From: Candidatus Omnitrophota bacterium
Lineage (GTDB): Bacteria > Omnitrophota > Gorgyraeia > Gorgyraeales > Gorgyraeaceae
Reading direction: 5' to 3'
NCBI GenBank assembly: GCA_030691625.1
Contig: JAUYDX010000088.1
Span: forward strand, 1,856-65,855
Length of the DNA: 64,000 nt
A model generated the notes under the pieces. It was not told the origin of the DNA and did no database searches. It saw nothing but the letters and a program-made list of their open reading frames with translations. Shown here piece after piece: positions 63,224 to 64,000 of this stretch (its first letter is position 1; each line of letters begins with the position of its first letter). The position numbers and the translations under genes are program-made.

Positions 63224-63270
63224 ATGTCCAACTTCGCAAGTTGCCCACGGCAACTTGCGAAGTTGGACAT
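63224..63270. repeat. Family C palindrome (C9)
   Basis: 22-bp perfect arms ATGTCCAACTTCGCAAGTTGCC, 3-nt loop. Confidence 0.93.
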
Positions 63271-63292
63271 AAGACACCATAAGGGGGAGAAA

Positions 63293-63499
63293 ATGAAAGA
63301 CAAAATTCATCCGGAATACAAAGACGCCACAATCACATGCGCGTGCGGTGAGGTGGTACACACCCGTTCCACAAAACAGAACATACGCGTGGAAATCTGT
63401 TCCAAGTGCCACCCGTTTTTTACAGGCAAGCAGAAATTCGTGGACTCCGCGGGCAGGGTGGAAAAGTTTCTTAAAAAATACAAAAAGAGTTCTTCCTAA
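63293..63499 (+). CDS. rpmE: 50S ribosomal protein L31 (zinc-binding type)
   Basis: 'MKDKIHPEY...CACG...[10 protein letters not shown]'. Confidence 0.97.
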   Translation: MKDKIHPEYKDATITCACGEVVHTRSTKQNIRVEICSKCHPFFTGKQKFVDSAGRVEKFLKKYKKSSS

Positions 63500-63520
63500 C
63501 AACTTTATACAAAAATAAAT

Positions 63521-63566
63521 AACCTCGCAGGTTACCTACGAGGTAACCTGCGAGGTTGAGGTGGTT
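63521..63566. repeat. Family C element, three units (C10)
   Basis: AACCTCGCAGGTT-ACCTACGAGGT-AACCTGCGAGGTT-GAGGTGGTT. Confidence 0.92.
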
Positions 63567-63570
63567 TTAA

Positions 63571-64000
63571 ATGTTTAAGAGGCTGGATTCTTTATTGAAG
63601 CGGTATGAGGAATTGCACGTTCTGATGGCTGATAGCGAGATCGCGTCTGATTCTGACAAATATCAAAGGCTTGCCAAAGAGCTGGCGTCTATGGAAGACA
63701 AGGTGTCTAAATATAAGGAATACAAAAAGATCCTTTCTGAGATAGAAGGCGCCCTTCATGTAATGGAAAAGGAAACGCACGAGGAGCTGGTCCAGATGGC
63801 AAAAAATGAGCTGCAGGAGCTCGAGGCAAAAAAGGCAGCGCTCCAGGCAGAGCTTGAGGAGAAGATGCTTGACGAGGATCCTGATTCTGACAAGGATGTG
63901 ATAATGGAGATAAGGGCGGGCACAGGGGGCCGAGAGGCGTCACTTTTCGCAGGGGATCTTTTCAGGATGTATTCCAAGTACGCCGCGAACAATGGCTGGA
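63571..64000 (+). CDS. prfA: Peptide chain release factor 1 (3' truncated by window)
   Basis: Hand translation '[15 protein letters not shown]...[25 protein letters not shown]'; follows rpmE. Confidence 0.93.
   Translation, partial: MFKRLDSLLKRYEELHVLMADSEIASDSDKYQRLAKELASMEDKVSKYKEYKKILSEIEGALHVMEKETHEELVQMAKNELQELEAKKAALQAELEEKMLDEDPDSDKDVIMEIRAGTGGREASLFAGDLFRMYSKYAANNGW

Noticed and set aside
63498-63510. AACAACTTTA after the rpmE stop as a family A copy
   Set aside because: Only a short left-arm match; possibly a remnant, not counted.

Overview
64 kb of a diderm bacterial chromosome. The gene content is compatible with Omnitrophota or a PVC-like lineage, but that is inference only. Almost all genes are on the + strand and most are housekeeping: groES/EL with CIRCE, guaB-like, dnaE (split by one extra T), HU/IHF, hisS-aspS, phoH-HD-ybeY-dgk-recO-glyQS-ppdK, a sigma factor, apt, tRNA-Arg, cysE, csp, polA-coaE-rho-rpmE-prfA, plus envelope and signalling genes. 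The non-coding layer is the unusual part. (1) About 41 dispersed palindromes in five unrelated families sit mostly at stop codons: A is a 43-45 bp AAACAACTTGACACTT-N13 inverted repeat, B a ~100 bp nested TTCTCGACT/CCGCTCGAA element, C has AACCTCGCAGGTT units, D has GGTGCCAGGCACC units and E is GTAG-type. They enter reading frames (twice in-frame in dnaE) and appear to donate stop codons, Shine-Dalgarno sites and a -35 box. One AT-rich HUH/Y1 REP-associated transposase (RAYT-like) is bracketed by three family C copies. (2) There are two c-di-GMP-I riboswitches. One has its own promoter, no gene to control, and points antisense into a REC-GGDEF-MshEN gene. (3) An unassigned structured RNA shares the closing stem of that riboswitch RNA. 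(4) Many promoters predict leaderless mRNAs. All calls were made by eye; no searches were run.
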